Origin: Pseudomonadota bacterium
Lineage (GTDB): Bacteria; Bdellovibrionota; FAC87; UBA2466
Assembly (NCBI GenBank): GCA_043767805.1
Contig: JAYUGC010000028.1
Span: 1-17,065 of the forward strand
Direction: 5' to 3'
DNA length: 17,065 nt
Shown here: piece by piece, positions 16,801 through 17,065 of the stretch
Layout: every line of letters starts with the position of its first letter
Position numbering within the stretch: position 1 is the stretch's first letter
Translations under genes and position numbers: made by a program
The notes under the pieces: model-generated
What the model was told of the DNA's origin: nothing
Database searches by the model: none
Seen by the model: the letters and a program-made list of their open reading frames with translations, nothing else

Positions 16801-17002
16801 CGATGGGGTCCACGATTTCGAGCTCCATCAGCTCGGGAGACGCGCCCGGGTAGGAGAGGGAGATATTCGCCGTGGGGAAGTCGACGTCGGGAAGGTTGCC
16901 CACGCCCATCTTCTTAAAGGAGAGGGCTCCGAAAATGAGGAGGGCTGCCATCAACATCCACGCAAGGACTGGCCGTCGGATCGAAATTTCGGACAAATTC
17001 AT
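13847..17002 (-). CDS. RND efflux transporter permease, AcrB/AcrD/AcrF family (~1051 aa)
   Basis: MNLSEISIRRPV start; LPDVDFP, YPGASPE, proton-relay motifs GIVVDDAIMVLENI, AKKNSILLVDF and RLRPILMT; two-fold repeated TM/periplasmic architecture. Alternative start at 17023. Confidence 0.96.
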   Translation of the reverse strand: MNLSEISIRRPVLAWMLMAALLIFGALSFKKMGVGNLPDVDFPTANISLSYPGASPELMELEIVDPIEEAVLQVQGIKNITSSSSLGRANVNVEFNLNKDINLAIQEIQAAIGQVTRQLPKDLLTPTVSKMNPEDFPVLFMMVTSEKLKLPDLMSFVRDRIKPELTKIEGVGNIFLMGYADPLRRVELDNAKLKRFALTANDVYDAIQNEHSELPAGQIRTEEKEQSVRLVGEVSNVKDLAKLAIQKRGGQPNYSPISLAQIADIKDSTEDATILVRASGVPGIGIGVMKQKGHNPVKVADRVRAEIAKIQKNLPPEVNAKLTVDSTDYIRESVAELTMTLVLSAILTALVCWLFLGSWQATLNVILAIPTSVLGTFIALSALNFTLNSFTLLGLSLAIGIVVDDAIMVLENIVRHREMGKSKEEAALTGSNEITGAAIAATIAIGAIFLPVAMMNGIVGKYLFQFGITLTVAVAISLLEALTLTPMRCSQFLQVSEERTSWIGRSVESMFAKTGQAYGVILEKALHRRWLTVGLALAFFLGSLIVFGSLRKELVPPQDQSFIAVQIFTPPGTPLSATEKKTREVEAFLSARPEIKNFEAFVGGFPNGQANQSSVFVTLKPKSERPKDATKGSVLTQQEYIGIYREALKDTKGAMVFFMDLSQQGFAGTAKGFPVEFAIQGPREEVLVETSEKIKKSMTESGLLTDVNSDFRPSLPEIQLIPNREQALARGVSIADITRTASLLIGGQEAGKYSVDGHRWKIKVMAGSPDKNSVDRVLSYEVRNNRGQPVPLSKVMTVIEQASNQTINRKNRERSITITANVARNVSQSVALQNVEGIASKAMPSGYHFALSGNSEAMNDSFESLWFAILLGLVFSYMVLASQYNSFVDPLTILLALPFGMSGAFLSLYLGGQSLNMYSFIGLVLLMGIAKKNSILLVDFTNQLRAQGKSVRDSLMEACPIRLRPILMTSVATIVGAVPAVMAWGPGAEVRIPMGLAVIGGVLVSTVLTLFVVPCVYSLFASPATLAEIKASLSSWLPRRRERLSASLPQG

Positions 17003-17023
17003 AGTGGGCGCATTTATTGACAT

Positions 17024-17051
17024 ACCGAGTCGACCGAATCAACTCGGTCGA
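17024..17051. promoter_or_regulatory. Inverted repeat, candidate repressor operator upstream of the RND gene
   Basis: TCGACCGA-atcaac-TCGGTCGA (17030-17051), overlapped by ACCGAGT...ACTCGGT (17024-17030 / 17042-17048). Confidence 0.45.
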
Positions 17052-17065
17052 AGGGCTTTTCCGAG

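Noticed and set aside
1..17065. CRISPR array, tRNA/rRNA, integrase/transposase, DGR template-variable repeat pair, or known defence system
   Set aside because: No regularly spaced repeats, long duplicated segments, tRNA cloverleaf, or recombinase/RT motifs were seen by eye. Subtle repeats could have been missed without a dot plot.

Overview
GC-rich bacterial chromosomal window with no rRNA, tRNA, CRISPR array or transposase. It is dominated by exported proteins and hydrolases; the gene style suggests a Bdellovibrionota-like predator, but that is inference. In order: RNase HI with a C-terminal viroplasmin-like domain (1-639, minus strand, partial, missing from the ORF track); a secreted hypothetical protein; a Tyr-rich DUF4189 protein with a terminator; a secreted protein with kinase-like and PRTase-like domains; a small secreted protein; an S1 protease lipoprotein; a probable gene fragment; a lipase; a penicillin acylase/Ntn-hydrolase; a POTRA-less Omp85 barrel; three consecutive surface-protein genes that each appear frameshifted (a lipoprotein broken at a G7 tract in its lipobox, a secreted protein, and a pilin-like protein); an ElaA GNAT; and an AcrB-family RND pump with no partner genes in view. 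The most notable observations are the three frameshifts clustered in 10.9-12.9 kb amid long intact genes (phase variation, decay or assembly error), the exported kinase/PRTase-like fusion (candidate effector), a REP-like palindrome doublet, and a possibly structured ~180-nt intergenic element next to rnhA. All protein calls come from motif recognition by eye; no database search was run.
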